64,000 bases of DNA from Octopus sinensis (GCF_006345805.1 NC_043003.1:110050001-110114000), one strand, 5' to 3'; positions 1-15,149 are shown, counted from the first letter of the stretch. Notes: a model not told the origin generated them from the sequence alone. Translations and numbers: made by a program.

Positions 1-1135
1 CTGTACAAATAAAGAAAAATCACCATATTGTCACAATAAACAACCTCAAGTATTTGAAGTTTTCAAACATTAATAATTGTGAACACAACACACAGAAAGA
101 AGGGAAAGGAATTCTAAAACCAAGGGCAATAATCTGGTTAGATTGAGTAACCGCGAGGTTTTCATCAAACAATGAAATGCAAGGCTTTAAAACTGCCGGC
201 TAATGAAGTTCGGCATGGTACAGAGTCTGTCTATTTCTGTAGCTACGTTACCCACTAAAAGATGGAAATAGATCTCCATTCAAGCACATTTATCTGAAGA
301 CACATAATGATGCTTGAAAGCATGTAGCTTCCACCAGTGGAGTACTGCTAACCTTTATCTCCAAAAATATTCCCATCTACTGCCAAATGACGGTCAATTT
401 TGGACAAGTTTATAAATGATGAGCTGCTATTGGTGTGACTCTTATGAAAGTTATGTGATACATATCTCATAAAAATAATACATCAACCTAGGCTGGTAAG
501 TTATTCAGGGTAAAAGTGGCATGAAGTGTGTTACAGCCATTTATTTCATGAGCAATGATTAAGTGAATTCATTCAAAATCGATTAGAAAACCACAATGTA
601 TACATGTCTCCGTCTCTCTTCCAGTTCTTCTGCCCCCTCTCTGTCTGTCTGTCAGTCAGTCTGTCTGTCTATCTATCTATCTATCGACACACACACACAC
701 ACATACATATATAGAGAGGGGGTGGAGAGAGGAAGAAAGAGAATCTGATTGAATTTTACATAAAGCTATGCTTTACAAATTTGCTCAGATAGGATGTACC
801 TATCATAGGTACATCCTTTTGCCAAGAGTCAGGGTTCTCGAAAAATCGATGTCTGAGATTCCTGATAGATGGCGACTCTGAACAAGCCGGATGTTTTAAC
901 AATTTTTTACCATAAGACAAATATTTTCTCCACGGTAACTGCAGTGAAATTACCTTTTAGCAGTTGAAAGATGTCTCAAATATATTTTTACTAACCTAAA
1001 TTTTGCTTATACGTATATATATAATATAGATAATTATATATAATATAGATAATTATAAGTGCATGTATAGATGTGCTTATGTGTTTCTATCTAGCTATCT
1101 ATCTATGTATGTATGTATGTATCTATCTATCTATG

Positions 1136-1166
<31 letters not shown>

Positions 1167-1246
1167 GTGTGTGTGTGTGAGTGTGTGTATTAACATTCGG
1201 TGTGTATTTACTGTATGGTTGTTTATTTAATTCATTTTTGATTTAT

Positions 1247-1508
<262 letters not shown>

Positions 1509-1911
1509 ATTCTTTTACTCCTTTGCTTATTTCAGTCATTGGAAAGCGGCCATGTTGGAGCACCGCCTTTAGTCCAACAGCTCAACCACTGGGCTTATTC
1601 TTTGTAAGCGTAGTACTTATTCTATCGGTCTCTTTTGCGGAACTACAAAGTTACGGGCACGTAACCACACTAACATCGGTTGTTAAGCGATGGTGGGAGG
1701 ACACACAGCCACACAAATATATATATATGATATATATATATATATATTCACATACATACACATGACGATCATCTTTCAGTTTCCGCCTACCAAATCCACT
1801 CACAAGGCTTTGGTCGGCCCGAGGCTACAGTAGAAGACACCTGCCCAAATTGCCACGCAGTGGAACTGAATACGGAACCATTTGGTTGGGAACCAAGCTT
1901 CTTACCACACA
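1509..1911 (-). mobile_element. tRNA-derived SINE, family A (octopus-type), with internal TA run
   Basis: Reverse complement reads gtggtaagaagcttggttcccaacc...ggttccgtattcagttccactgcgtggc...ccttgtgagtggatttggtaggcggaaactgaaaga; matches copies at 43546 and 46470. Confidence 0.8.
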
Positions 1912-1984
1912 ATCCCAAAAATGCATGCATGCATGTCTGTATATTTATGCAGTCTTTCTCCTTTTAATTCAGAATAAATTTTGA

Positions 1985-2640
1985 CCACCTGCCTGCTTGG
2001 TAGCAAGGTTGTTTTGAAGGTAAGTATCTTGCTTTATTCATTAACTTTTGAGTCTTTCCACCGGCTTGCTCCTCAGTCACTATGTTCTTCTATTCACAAT
2101 GATCCTGAAGGAATTGTTTGATATAGCTGGTGTACAGTTTGTACATAACGTTTAGTCAAGCAATGGGCCTATAGTTTTCAGCCAGTTTGATGGTTTTATT
2201 CTTGGCTACAATATGTGTTCGTGCAAGCCACCTTGATGCGTCAATCTGATCTGCAATAGTACGTTTGTATATACATATTAGTAGTTTCCTGCAAAATACC
2301 ATACTCTTATACTAATATCCATCAATTAGATACCTTTGAAGAGTTTGTGTGAAGAATAACCACAGGGTTTTGTTAATTTATTCAAAAATGCTATTGGTGA
2401 GGTGTTAACTTATTGTTAACTTATTATTCCTCTTACATTTTAATATTTTGGTTAACCATCCAATATGGCGTTGCACATTGTTCCGGTTTTCTCCAAATTT
2501 TGCTTTCCATCTACTTTGCTTGCGTTCAGTTGTTTCATTGTCGCGTTCGCTGCAAACATTTGTTAGGTGTTCTTTAAGAGTGATAGTAACTGTGTATATA
2601 AGGGTATTAATATTCCAGTAATTTACATCACATACTTTTA
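1985..2640 (-). pseudogene. Non-LTR retrotransposon RT fragment (R4/Dong-like), decayed
   Basis: Minus-strand translation WLARTHIVAKNKTIKLAENYRPIA*LNVMYKLYTSYIKQFLQDHCE*KNIVTEEQAGGK fits the RT N-terminal motif (NYRPITCL..YKL.T...EQ.G). Confidence 0.75.
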
Positions 2641-3290
2641 TTTACACCCCAGCGACATTGTCAATATATTTTATCAATACAGCTGTTGGAATTTTTCGAA
2701 ATCGTGTTAAGAATAACATAAGTTGATGTGAGATCCGCCCCACCATTTTTGCTAACCGCTTCATATACCCCACAGTAAGGTCTGAACGGGATTTTTCATA
2801 ATATCGAAATAGATCTTGCTTTAGATCAAGAATCCAAGTATAATGAGAGGAGAACCTCCGACGTCTCAGAAAGCTTATTGATGCAGCAGTAAAGTTTCCG
2901 TCGGCGGTGTAATTAATTTCAACCATGATCATGTTAGAGAAATTTCGCGTAGCAAAAGGTCTGAATAATGCTACGTTGATAAGGTAAATGTATTTCTATT
3001 ATTTATAATTGGAAAAAATAAAACAGTTACTGATTTAGCTTGGAGGAGTCAGCATAAATGTGGAAGAAATGTTCAAAATAGAGTTTATAGTTTGGGTAGA
3101 ACAAACAAGCAAGAGTAAAAGAAAATTACATGACTATACATATAATGTAATTTTTAATCGACAGAATATTATTAAAGCAACTCAGGCGCCGGAAGGCTAT
3201 ATGTATGCATGCACACATTCATATGCACATACATATATACATACATATATATGAACATATTGGTATATACATACATATATGCATACATGC

Positions 3291-3324
<34 letters not shown>

Positions 3325-3521
3325 GTATATATATATATATATATATTCTTTCAGATGCTGACGGCTGTTGCATAAAATGATTACGGCATTCCTACGAGGT
3401 ATGTTTTGTATCACGATTTCTCTTTTTCCTCTGATGAGAGGCATCCTTACGAACTCACACGCATACACGCACATACATATAGATACATTCACACACTCAT
3501 ACACACATACATCCATATACA

Positions 3522-3595
<74 letters not shown>

Positions 3596-4132
3596 TGTCA
3601 CACCTGCGCATATCCATAAACAAGTACATACACACACATTCACACGCACACATAGATAGCCAATGTTCCAGAAAATTCTAAAAAAAATGAATGTTATTGT
3701 TATTTCATATATCTCGCTTTTGCATTCTTGAAAGATTATTCATGGTATCTAAATTAAAATTGACATTTTGCCTGTGATTTTATTTCTGTTCATGTGTGTA
3801 AGTGTTTCGGTGCGTATGCATACACCCATACATATATATGTCTACAAACATAAATACGTGCCTACACGCACACCCATAACCACACACACACACACACACA
3901 CAACACACACAACACACACACATAATGCCTCTCTCTCTTTCTATATATATATATAAATTGAACGAAGGAAAAAGCAGTTTGTATATTTGTATATTTACTT
4001 ACATATATCTCTAAATATATATATTTGTTGAGGCCTTTAAACAGAATGCCTCGTCGTAATATGTATACAATCACATACAGTGAACACTGCTCTCGGTGCA
4101 AATTGTTGTCTTTCTGTTAACAGCTGTATGTA

Positions 4133-5240
4133 TTGGGTCATCCCATAAATAATGCGGTTTTTTCAATTGCATGAGATAAAAGTTGGAAGGGGACGGGATA
4201 AACTACCTGCATCAACTTGCTATAAAAGCAGATATTAAGTCTACCGTGTACTTATTGTTAGTAAGAATGCAGTTCGATTTTAACAGTTATTTTTTTCAAA
4301 GCTTTAACGGAAGTGACGAAGAAGCATATTCGACATATTTTGCTTTAGCAACGGAAACTGCGAAGAACATTAATGCAACATATAAGGATCGGACAATAAG
4401 CGTAAGCCAGTTTCAACGGTGGTTCCAGAAATTCTGAGCTTGAAACTGCAATCTAGAAGACGAACCTCGTCCTGGAAGATCTGTAGACTAGGGCGAGGAC
4501 GCCTTGCAATCTCTGGTGAAAGAAAATCCTTTCGTAACTGTTGAGGAACTAACAGAGAAGTTGGTAATTCAGCCATTCATCGACACCTTCGTGCCATCGG
4601 AAAAGCCAGCAAATTAGGTCAATGGGTTCGTCCCAAACTTTCCGTGTCTAATTGCACACAGAGAATGAATGGGTGTTATTTGCTGTCACATCTCACGAAT
4701 GAACCTTTTTTCAGACCGAATAGTGACTGGTGAAAAGAAATGGGTTCTCCATAAAAATGTCAATCGCCGAAGTCGGTGGGTAGGGAAAGGAGAAACACCG
4801 GCACCGCAGGCTAAAGAAGGTCTTCATCCGCGAAAGTTGTTGTTATCTGTTTGGTGGGATGTGAAATGTTTAGTCCACTTCGAACTCTTAAACCCAAACC
4901 AAACGCTACCAACGGATAGCTAGAGCGAGTGGCTTGTGTGGTTCCAGTCAGCGCTAGAAGAAAAACGACCATCTTTTGTTACAACATGAAAGATTTTCTT
5001 CCATCAGGCTGGAGTAGTTTGAATAGGGAACGATGCTCCATCCATTATATTCGCCGGGCAATGCCCCATCTGATTATTATTTAATTCTCAGTTTTCAAAA
5101 TCATTTGGACGGAAAAAATATGAATTTTGTAGACCAGCCCAGAAAAACGGTGCAGGAGTATTTTTCGTCTCGGACAAGTGAACTTTGGAAGAGGGGTCTT
5201 GTATATCTAGAAGATAGATGGAAGAGCATTGCTGATGGAG
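4133..5240 (+). mobile_element. Mariner transposon relic, copy 1 (left TIR kept, transposase disrupted)
   Basis: TA plus TIR ttgggtcatcccataaataatgcggtttttt at 4133; motifs QRWFQKF, DRIVTGEKKW, LLSVWWD, HPLYSPGNAPSDYYL; many stops and frameshifts. Confidence 0.92.
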
Positions 5241-6411
5241 CTATTTATAGCACTTGCTATTCAATCAAATGTTGAACTTGGTGTTTCCGTGGAAGGAGTA
5301 TGAAATGTAGGCCTACAGGTGGTCAGATGGTAGAGAGGACATTAATCTTCATGTATGATAATATAAAGCTAATTTATTATAAGAGATGGGCTGTTCTATA
5401 GTAGGATATGGGTACTTCGTTTAAGAAAACACACACACACACGCGCGCTTTATTTACTGATTGAGTTAGAATCCTGATAGTTGTAGTTTAAGTCATCACC
5501 CAAAGTATATGCATAAAATATTTGACTTCATCAAATAATATTCCTTTACCATAGAGGAATAGCACTGCAGCGTCAACAATTTCGGAAGCTGTACACAAGA
5601 ATCTTTCCTCTTCATGAAGTTGTAGATAATTGTAAGGAAGGCCCTTTATCGAAAAAGTACTATTTCTCTTTTACCAGTGTAGGGATTCAACAAATGAACA
5701 AGAGCAGTCAACAAAATGTACAATCGTTAAAGAGACATCAACCGAATTTGTATTTATTGTACTTAAATTATGTACCTTATTACCCCCATTGTTAATAATG
5801 TGCTTACATTTGCTATAAGAATAGAGTTAATGCACAACACTAAATATTCTCAATAGTAATGAAACCGGTTAGAAAAGATCTGAGCTAACTATGTATTTAT
5901 CATTAACTTTAAAGATTGCACGAAAGCCCAGAGCTGGATTTGCAGTCACGTTTTCATTTTCAATTATGAAAGCTATAACGATTTTGTAAATATAAAGCTA
6001 TAAAATAGTCTCCATCAGATAGGACATCAATATAATCTATCCGGGCGTTCCAGTCCTTCGTTAAATGTAAAATTATTGTCTGCATTCAGGCTTTTCGGTC
6101 AGTTTGTAGACATTGCGTTGTGGGAAATCAGTTGTTCATGTAATGCCTTCGATGGATAATGTTTCTGATACCTAACAATCCACCTAAGACAGATCCCTGA
6201 TCCTTAATATCCTTCAGGGAAGAGAGGAAGCTGAGTGAACCACAGTTAACGTAACATCGATGATAACTTAATTCGGATTTAAGTTCAATCTGTACTGGAT
6301 TTATTAGCGGAAGAGATGAGTTAGCTCTTAGATTAATATACTGGAAACCTGTTTTCCACTAGGACAATAATAGAAATAAGCGCACTGCGAATATTTAATG
6401 ACGAACATGCA

Positions 6412-6460
<49 letters not shown>

Positions 6461-7027
6461 TTCTGTGTGTGTTGGCTTGTGTGCGTGTATGTTATTACAT
6501 TGTGGATTAAATAGTAACACATATGCCAGTATATTCTTTCTCTACAAATGCTTAACAGAAACAAAGATAAAGTATTTTTCCGGGGGAACTGTATCATGCT
6601 TAGTTTCATTGTTGTTCACCAATAGTATAGTTCAGCTACTTATATAGTCGTTACAAATTAGGCTTGCCCTGTGACGGGCAGTCAAATTTGCACATTTTCG
6701 CTTTCGACTACACGTCTTTAATAAAAGCAGACTTCTGTATATTACTCGCCTTTAATTGAAAAATATCTGTATATGCACAAAACAAGGTAAATCGGAAGAA
6801 CAAAAATAAATTTAAATTTTGTAAATCATCACAGTGTATGATTTAATAAGAATAAGACTTTCAATAATATTGGCGTGCAGAAGGTAGATGTATGGTGCCT
6901 TCCGATTGAGCTTTTAACGATTTGTAGACCATTCTCCAAGAAGTCGTATGCAAGACAGGCTATCCATCTCTGTGATGGCCTAAATTATGACTTCCATATA
7001 AGTCAAGCGGTTAATACAGTAACCACT

Positions 7028-7230
7028 AGTCGCCATGATAGATCGTTAGCCACTACACACATTTTTTTCTCTCCTTGTTTCTCACCTTGTTGTTTCTGTG
7101 TACCTTTCTGTAGAAGAGCGTAGGCTCGAAACGTAAAAGACTTTTTCTCTTCCTGAGCGTTATACCAATACATCTGTTTGTTTTGTACACCACCTGTCTT
7201 CGTCTTTTATTTTTTTGTAAACTCTTCCTA
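7028..7230 (+). mobile_element. ~200-bp HHR-bearing interspersed element, family H1 (PLE pLTR-like)
   Basis: Near-identical inverted copy at 26174-26422; related copies at 33395, 45220 and 50938. Confidence 0.75.
7104..7139 (+). ncRNA. Minimal type I hammerhead-like motif, variant core CUGUAGA
   Basis: cttt-CTGTAGA-a-gagc(gtag)gctc-GAAA-cgTA-aaag: stems I and II pair, palindromic ACGT stem III. Confidence 0.5.
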
Positions 7231-7597
7231 CACACATATATACACATACAAGACGCACACACATATATACATATACAAAGGCATAAACTTCAGTTCCTTT
7301 TTATAATCTAAATCGGGATTATCAACATGTTATTCTTTCTAAAACTTGTTGGGAGTTCCATAAACTTTGGCAATAATCAGTACGATAAAGATGAGAATGA
7401 TTTACTGGAAAATATCAAACCAAATAGATAGCAGTGTGGTATATCATTTTGATAGTAGAATGAACGCATCAGCTTTAGGATATTCTTTATGGTGATAAGG
7501 AGAGTCTAATGAGTGACTGCTAGGCTCCATTATAGACATATTCTACTGAGTAGGAAAACTCATTTATATAGCAAAAACCTACAATGTATCATGTATA

Positions 7598-7630
<33 letters not shown>

Positions 7631-7635
7631 CGCTA

Positions 7636-7638
7636 TCC

Positions 7639-7720
<82 letters not shown>

Positions 7721-7721
7721 G

Positions 7722-7777
<56 letters not shown>
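7636..7777. repeat. (TATC)n + (TA)n + (TG)n compound microsatellite
   Basis: Directly visible. Confidence 0.95.
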
Positions 7778-7778
<1 letters not shown>

Positions 7779-8891
7779 TGTATGTATACATATCCTGATT
7801 GCTTTTGACAAAGCACAAATATCCACAATTCTAGATGAAGTGAAATGGAATATTTTATTCCCTAAACCTTTCACGAGAGTATTAACGACTTTTCTTTAAA
7901 TGTCATACTAAATTCCATCCAGAAAAAAGCCAGAAATTGCTGACATAAAATTTGCATTCCTTTATACGTTTGACACAAATTGCATGTGTAGTCGTTCGAG
8001 ATAGACGCAGATGTATATATGTGCTCTGTATATACCAGAGAAGGAGAAAACAGTAAGGGAGAATGGAAGGTAATCATGACAGTGATGGTGACAATGACAG
8101 GTATGCATATTACCTACACACCCACACACACGCATATATTTACATATAGAAACACTCACAAATATACACATACCTTAGAGTGAGAGAGAGAGAAAGAGAA
8201 GGAGAAAGAACGAGAGAGAGAGAAAGAGAAGGAGAAAGAACGAGAGAGAGAGATCTATTCTAAACTAAATGAGGGCCGGTAAGCTGTCATCATGCCAATT
8301 TTGTGCTTCGAATGGTCATCGTTGTTGTCAATTGCTCGCCCGTACAATTCATCACATTAACATTTACGGAGGCTGTCTCTGCAACAACGAACTTTCCACT
8401 TCAGGTCTTTGCATCTAAATTATCTCTCACAAATACGCGTGCGCGCACACACCCTCACACACAGACGCAGACACAGATGCACTCACCCCCCCACACACAC
8501 ATCATGAAGATATTCTCAGAAATCTTTATTTGTTTGGCTTGGCAAAAGTGGTTGGGTTGTAAAAGTGGTCTTGCGGATCCTAGCAGATGGCCGCTGAATA
8601 TGAAGTGTATATTCTGCTTATGCGCTTTTTATATTCTGCCGGTGACGGCTGGAAACAGGTGGGAAATATCAGAGGTCTAATGATCTGGCGATGAAGGTCT
8701 CATCGTAAAGTTTCGAACAGATGGATAGAGGAAATAGACATAAAACTCCGTTTAGTACAACTCCAGAAAACGGGGCTATTAGGGACATCTAAGATACTAA
8801 GGAGGGTTCTTAGCATCTAAGTTTATTTGTTGTAGCCTGATGTTAGTTTTTTTTATCTCCAACAGTCTAATCTGTTAAGTGTATATAAAAA

Positions 8892-8899
8892 TAATAATA

Positions 8900-8974
<75 letters not shown>

Positions 8975-8981
8975 GTGATGA
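8892..8981. repeat. (TAA)n(TGA)n trinucleotide repeat
   Basis: Directly visible; gives a spurious poly-His ORF. Confidence 0.95.
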
Positions 8982-9500
8982 TTAGCAGCTCTGATGACTT
9001 CTGATCTCAAGTGATTGAAAATGTTATCATGTACATGTTTTGTCTTGGTGTAAAAGATGGGCTGCAGCAAATATTCCGCTCAATACCACCGATTTGCTTG
9101 TCAGTTGTTTGACCATACCCAGTTGAATATGTCCCTCGGTGGCTGGCGATATGCGCATCTCTGATAACGAGCAGAAGTAGTGAGTGGGGGAGCATCATAG
9201 TAATGTGTTATGAGGAATTATTTGGGGTTTGAATACTTCATTTCAGGAAATATGAATGTATTGTTCAACATCCTTAAACAGCCCTTATTCAGGGACCTTT
9301 TGATTGAAAAAATTCTAACTGGGTTCCAGCTGCAAGGTCATGAGCTGTTTATTTTGATATGAAAGCACCATGTCTCGCACATATGGTTGTGATGCGTTTG
9401 CCTGCTGTACACTTATCAGACGGCTAACCATGATGAGTATATTGAGTTTCGTATACTTTACCCCATTTTCAGTTTGATGGTATGCGCTGCATTCTCAATA
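8982..9500 (-). mobile_element. ~520-bp non-coding interspersed repeat flanked by TAA/TGA triplet runs
   Basis: Complex-sequence block between triplet runs; resembles a high-copy octopus repeat (from memory, not searched). Confidence 0.5.
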
Positions 9501-11514
9501 ATAATGAGAAGGAGGAGGAGGAGGAGGAGAAGGAGGAAGGGGAGGGGAACTGGGGAGATCATGTGAGAGTGGGCGCTTGATGATATGGAGGCTTAGAGAT
9601 ATAAAAAATTTGCAATGCACAAGAAGCCAAGCATAGCTTAAGGAGAAAAATAGCCGCCAGAATATATCTGCGAGATTGCGAAGGCCAAGATTAAGAAATG
9701 TTTGGCTATCAAAAAGAGTTACCTGTTATTTTCATTTCCGATGTTGCTTGTTTGATTCGTGCGGTATCATCACTGACAATTTTCAAACGAAACTTTGACG
9801 AATGTGTTAGTGAGAAGCCGTTTTTGGTTACTAATAGACTGAAGTTTGATTTTTCTAGTCGATAGGAATTTGATATTCTTCAGTAGAAATATTTCTTAAA
9901 AGGTAATCTAACCAAATATTTCTTAAAAGGTAATCTAACCAAATATTCTATTTTAAACTTAGGACATTCTCTGTATGACCGTATCAACCAATGTATTTCT
10001 ATATTCCGAATAAATGTACAACCGTCATATAATATATCCATGGTATTTCTGAAATTATTAACATGTTTGCTAAACTCCAAAACATTATTACAATAAGTTT
10101 AGACAGAATAAACTTGCATGTATAAACAAAATTAAGTAAGACGATATTTGAAAGCAACATATTTAGAATAATAAACAGCATAAAAGCATAAATTTTAGAT
10201 AATGGCTCATGATTTAATTTATGATTGCCATATGGAAATTGAAGCTTTTCTTATATTTTAAGTTCTATATATGTTGTTAATCACTAAAGTATTCAGACGT
10301 CGAACTGCATTTTGGCCCGTTTTCTATCTCTTAAATTCAAAGGTCATGTAAAATATTAAATGTTTAAACGCATCATATAAAAGAATATTCACAGCCACAC
10401 ACATACACGCACGCACACACACTTATGTATATGTAAGTAAGTATGCGTGAGTATGCGTACATACATGTGTATGTTTGTTTGAAAGTGTATGCGTGTATAA
10501 TGCCATTTGAACTTGATTTCAACTTTGAATGATTATGTGCGTAGCTTTATAAACTAATGGCTCTTCTCGTAATCTACTCGGATCTTTTAAACCATGCTCT
10601 CCTTTAGCATGTCTTTCAAGATTATCTTCTCAATCATTGTACAAAAGTATACCATTCCAATTCTTGTCAGAGGGACTTTTGTCAGCTAAAGATAGAAAAG
10701 TCAATGTCAAACTATCTCTCTATTAATAGTTGCATTGTGTGATCTTTGCAGAGTTATTTCGAATTACTTTGATTAGCAACGAACAACGTATTGCAAATCA
10801 CAAACAATCACCGTAAATATAAAGAACCTATATCTTGGAAAATGGAATCCTGGATGTACAAAAAGAAAGAAATGCATACGTGTGAGTAAAAAGGGTTTTT
10901 ACAATGTTTCCTAAAAGAAATTGTTCTTGGTCTAAACAACAACGTAGTATATAAGCCAAAAGGACATGCTGTACTTCTATATCGCAACATACTCATTTTG
11001 TTTACATGGAAAACAGCTTGATTTGTTAGCAAATTTTAGAGCTAGAATTTTTAAAACAATCCCTTTGCTTCAGTGCTTGCTGTATCGATAATATCGTAGA
11101 GATTCTTGAAAATTAAAACAAGTATGATAGAGCACAATTTAACAACATGACAAATTCAAATTCAGGGCCAATTTTCTAAATTAGAAGCGGTGTTAGTTAT
11201 AAAAAAAAAGCACACTACAATATACTTTATATTGAACAATCAAAGTCAGTGCCAGAAACTCAGATTAATCATCAACAATTGCGTTGGATATTCAATATAT
11301 ATAATTCATCAGTGATGGATACTTTCCAAATACTATGTCATTCATATTGTTCGTACGAAATGTAAAAAACAAACAAACATGTTCTGTTATAAAGAATTAT
11401 TTTAAGAGTAAAAACTACCTTATTTCCTTTTACATGAATGAGTGAAAACAGAAAATAATGCAGATACCAAGATCAGCGCGAAAAAGAGCACAGGATTTGC
11501 GGCATATGTAACTT

Positions 11515-11845
11515 GATAGCTATAACTATGCAGTATAATTAGCGACAGATACACATTGTTAACTATAACTATATCATATAATTGGGGACAAATACAATCA
11601 ATGGCTATAAGTATATCTTATAGTTGTGGACAGATATCATATAGTTAGGAGCATATACATATACTGATAGTGATACTTCTATCGTATAAGTGTGTACGAC
11701 GAAACAAAATATATATCGTGTAACTGGGGAGAGAGATATACTGATAAATATAACTATATCTCATAACTAGGCTACTAAACAAATAATTATAAGTACATCG
11801 TATAACTGGGTACAAATGTAGGCTAATAGCACAAACTATATAGTT
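11515..11845. repeat. Degenerate minisatellite, ~43-bp period
   Basis: Recurring unit approximating ctataactatatcgtataactggggacagatatactgatag, about 7 copies. Confidence 0.7.
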
Positions 11846-12151
11846 TAATGAAACACTTCAAAGTGGTCGAATGACACAGATTTTATGGCTGGTAATTCCT
11901 GTCCGAGAACCTGCCTACAATGGGACGCATGCACAGCAAAATATATTCGAACGTGTAATAACAGAGACAGTCACTCACACGCATAGAGCACAGAAACATA
12001 TTCCCACATGGTCATACAAACACAGTCCCCCACCAACAAATGATACATGCACACTAACATGTATATAGTAAAAACTACGAGCACATACACCGACATACAC
12101 GCTCATAAATGTGTACACATATACGTATACAGATATACGTACATTGATATA

Positions 12152-12192
<41 letters not shown>

Positions 12193-13323
12193 GAAAAGGG
12201 GATTAAGAATATAGACAAATACTTTATAATCACTCTGTAGGGATAGATCAAACTTAGATAGCTAAATTGTCCAGTGAAATTCATGAACCTGTTAAATACA
12301 CGTAGGAGTATATGTGTCTAATTTGTAAATCCGTAAGTCAAACCCCGATAATATTCGGTTTACGGTCATAAAGTTTAGTAGTAAAAGACAAAAGAATTGC
12401 CATTCAATCACAATTAATTCCAAACAAGCTGTGAGTAGAAAACAGGTTGATTTTATGATAATCCCAAAGGAAAATAATCACAATAGCATTCACTTAGGAT
12501 GATATTGTACTTCAAAATCCGAAGAATTGTAATATGATAAATAGAAGATAAGATAAAAATAAAATTAAAAACAAATTAAAATAATAAAACTTAAATAAAC
12601 AAATAAATATATAGCTAAATTAATTGAAAATTAAGTTAAAAATGAAAGTTAATGAAATAATCTAATTAGACAAATAATATCAACATTAACAATATCAATA
12701 ATGACTAGATTATAAGTAAAATAGTTAGATAAAATGAATATTAGTTTATCAAGTAAATAATAGTAGCTATGCTAAATATATCAAGTATACTTGACTGAGA
12801 AAAGTAGACACAACCTATTTTATACTTAGTACACAAATTAGTATTCTATGTATTTGAGAAGATTGTAAAGGGTCTTCTAAGTAAATGGATACATCATAAT
12901 ATTTCTTTTATTTGGCTGTAAAAAAAATCCTGTGTCTCCTCGAATTCTATGTTGCCTAATACAGTAATTGACTCCCTATTATAGCTCATTTAAAATCATA
13001 CCCAGCATTCCACTCTTTGAGGTTCCAGAAAAAATTTTCCCATTTTTTCTTATATTTAAACGAAGAAATATGATTGTGTAAAGTGATGATTTATTGCCAA
13101 CTTAAGGACACAGCGCTTGTATAAGTCTCTCTGAGAGTTTTAGAGATGCAATATTTTTAATATGATTACATAATTTTGATTAAAAATCAGTTGTGCAAGT
13201 AACCGAAAATTTATATAGTAAGAATTTTAAGTATTGGTTATCTAATGGACATTTTAGATTAGTATTGTTTTATAATTATAGCGAGAGTTTTCGTCTGAAA
13301 AGTTCGCATTTTGCCTATTATGA

Positions 13324-13467
<144 letters not shown>

Positions 13468-13469
13468 AA

Positions 13470-13740
13470 CCATGATTTCAGCCTGCTACAACTCTGTCAT
13501 TCTGGATGCTAAAATTCCACATTTTTACCCCTTACTTTATAGCCCTTTACTAGGTTCGTGTTCATACCACTTATCAGCATGTCCAAACCTTAGCTTTCTA
13601 CATATCTCCCAGTGGGTTATTCTCCCTAGATTCTCATGTCTTTTCTTGTACTTTCTCTGTACCAGCGTACTACATTCACTAATGTCTTCCTTTGATGTAC
13701 ATAACCTATATTGGAAATGTGCCTGATTTTTGTCAGGTAA
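13470..13740 (-). pseudogene. R4/Dong-like (RLE-type) LINE fragment: Zn-knuckle and RHD region
   Basis: Minus translation DKNQAHFQYRLC..ISECSTLVQRKYKKRHENLGRITHWEICRKLRFGHADKWYEHEP fits the CRLC..HI.SEC..YK.RHD....HW.LC...KWYEH.P motif. Confidence 0.8.
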
Positions 13741-13744
13741 AGTG

Positions 13745-14700
13745 TCTTACTATTATTCTTCCTATTAAAGTACGCCTTAGTATTTTTATTGTTACTGCGA
13801 CTGCTATGCCTTTTTATCCGTTCCACTACTTCTATAACTTTATGTATATCCTTAATCTTAGTATTAAGAATATAAAGAATTTTCCCTTTATAATCAGCTT
13901 CGGCTAAATCTAATTTCTAGCATTTCACGTATTGTTTTTCGTATTTTTCATTAGTTGAACGTTTGGAAATTCTAGAAGGGACGCTCCTAATCATAGTATT
14001 CATAATCGCTTTTGGATGACTTTACTTTCGACTCGCCTAGAAGATATTCTCAATGGGTTTGTTTTAAGTATGCAGCCCTGCATTAATGTCTAAAGTACCA
14101 TCCAGGAAATTTAAAATTCTAATTTTTTCAGCGGAGATAGGTAGTCCTACGCCCGTAAAGAATTTGAGGTGTTTGTGACTGTGCTTTTCTAAGTTAGTCT
14201 TCCTACACCTCTAAGCAGTAAATAAGTGTCGTTCTTATACAATCCCCTCCACTAACTCAAGAAAGTTCCTTTTTTAAACATTGTAATGTATATATGCTTA
14301 CTAAATCAGTTACTTATGCAGAGGGGATTGACCTTTCTGGTTCATTATTTACTCAGAAGTTTAATTATAGTCTTCCTAGCGCATCCCGAGGATGAGTGTA
14401 ATATTCAGTAAAATGGATGAATAATAACTTGATACAGGGATCTATTAGGATAAAAATTTGATAGATTTCTTATCTCTAATTTCTTTAGACCAGTGTATTA
14501 TCTCATAAAATTTATACCTAATTTTATTATCTTTCTATGTTTGCCTATATATCAATCAAAGTTCAATGTGCAAAGTTTTACCTATGTCTAATACGGAAAG
14601 GCATATTAATCCAGCTGTACGATTGGTTAAATTGTCTTCTAATGGATTAAATGAGGTAGAAATTTTGCCATCAATAATCTTCAAATGTTGGGGTTGTATG
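13745..14700 (-). pseudogene. Penelope-like element reverse transcriptase relic
   Basis: Minus translation includes VTDLVSIYTL (cf. VCELVGLYIL), GLYKND (cf. GLYRDD) and ILNFLDGTLDINAG..KP....SHPKAI....RISKRS, a PLE RT palm/thumb pattern. Confidence 0.75.
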
Positions 14701-15149
14701 GGGTGTCATATTTCAATCCTATCATAATCTGATAATTACCACCATTAAATAGATCTGCCGAAATGCATTCATACACCTTGTACTGGTCAAATGTTGTTAG
14801 TTTTACTATTCTCTATCTCCGTTAAAATGTTATTTATTCCAAGCGGTTTGGTATAGCTTAGATAAGGATGAGGTCATGTTAAATTTTTCTAACTCCCTAG
14901 AAAAGTATCTATCAAATATGGAATCTTTTAATACACACGAATATGAATAGTGTATAACAGATATTGAGAATTTGCCAACATATCCGAAACGTGTGTAAGC
15001 TGATTAAGTAACGTATAATTTTCCGTTCCTTTCTATTTCTCTTAGTCTTTCTCACTCTCTTTCTTTCCTCCTTTCTATCTTTCTTTCATTATTTCTTCCT
15101 TCTTTTCTTTCTTTCTCTCTCTCTCTCTATCAATTGCTCTCCCTCTCAC

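Noticed and set aside
100-530. Possible LINE endonuclease remnant
   Set aside because: Motif resemblance too weak to support by eye.
3428-3460. ctgatgagaggcatccttacgaac HHR-like motif
   Set aside because: GAAA half-core and stems I and III are missing.
6640-6685. Hairpin tgccc-tgtgac-gggca resembling a Helitron end
   Set aside because: No CTRR terminus or matching 5' TC end identified.
9887-9947. 27-bp tandem duplication (also 8185-8252, 39764-39800 and the 46300/46650 repeat)
   Set aside because: Ordinary slippage or local duplications with no further structure.
11515-11845. CRISPR-like appearance of this array and of 60368-60670
   Set aside because: Eukaryotic context, degenerate units, low-complexity or absent spacers and no cas genes.
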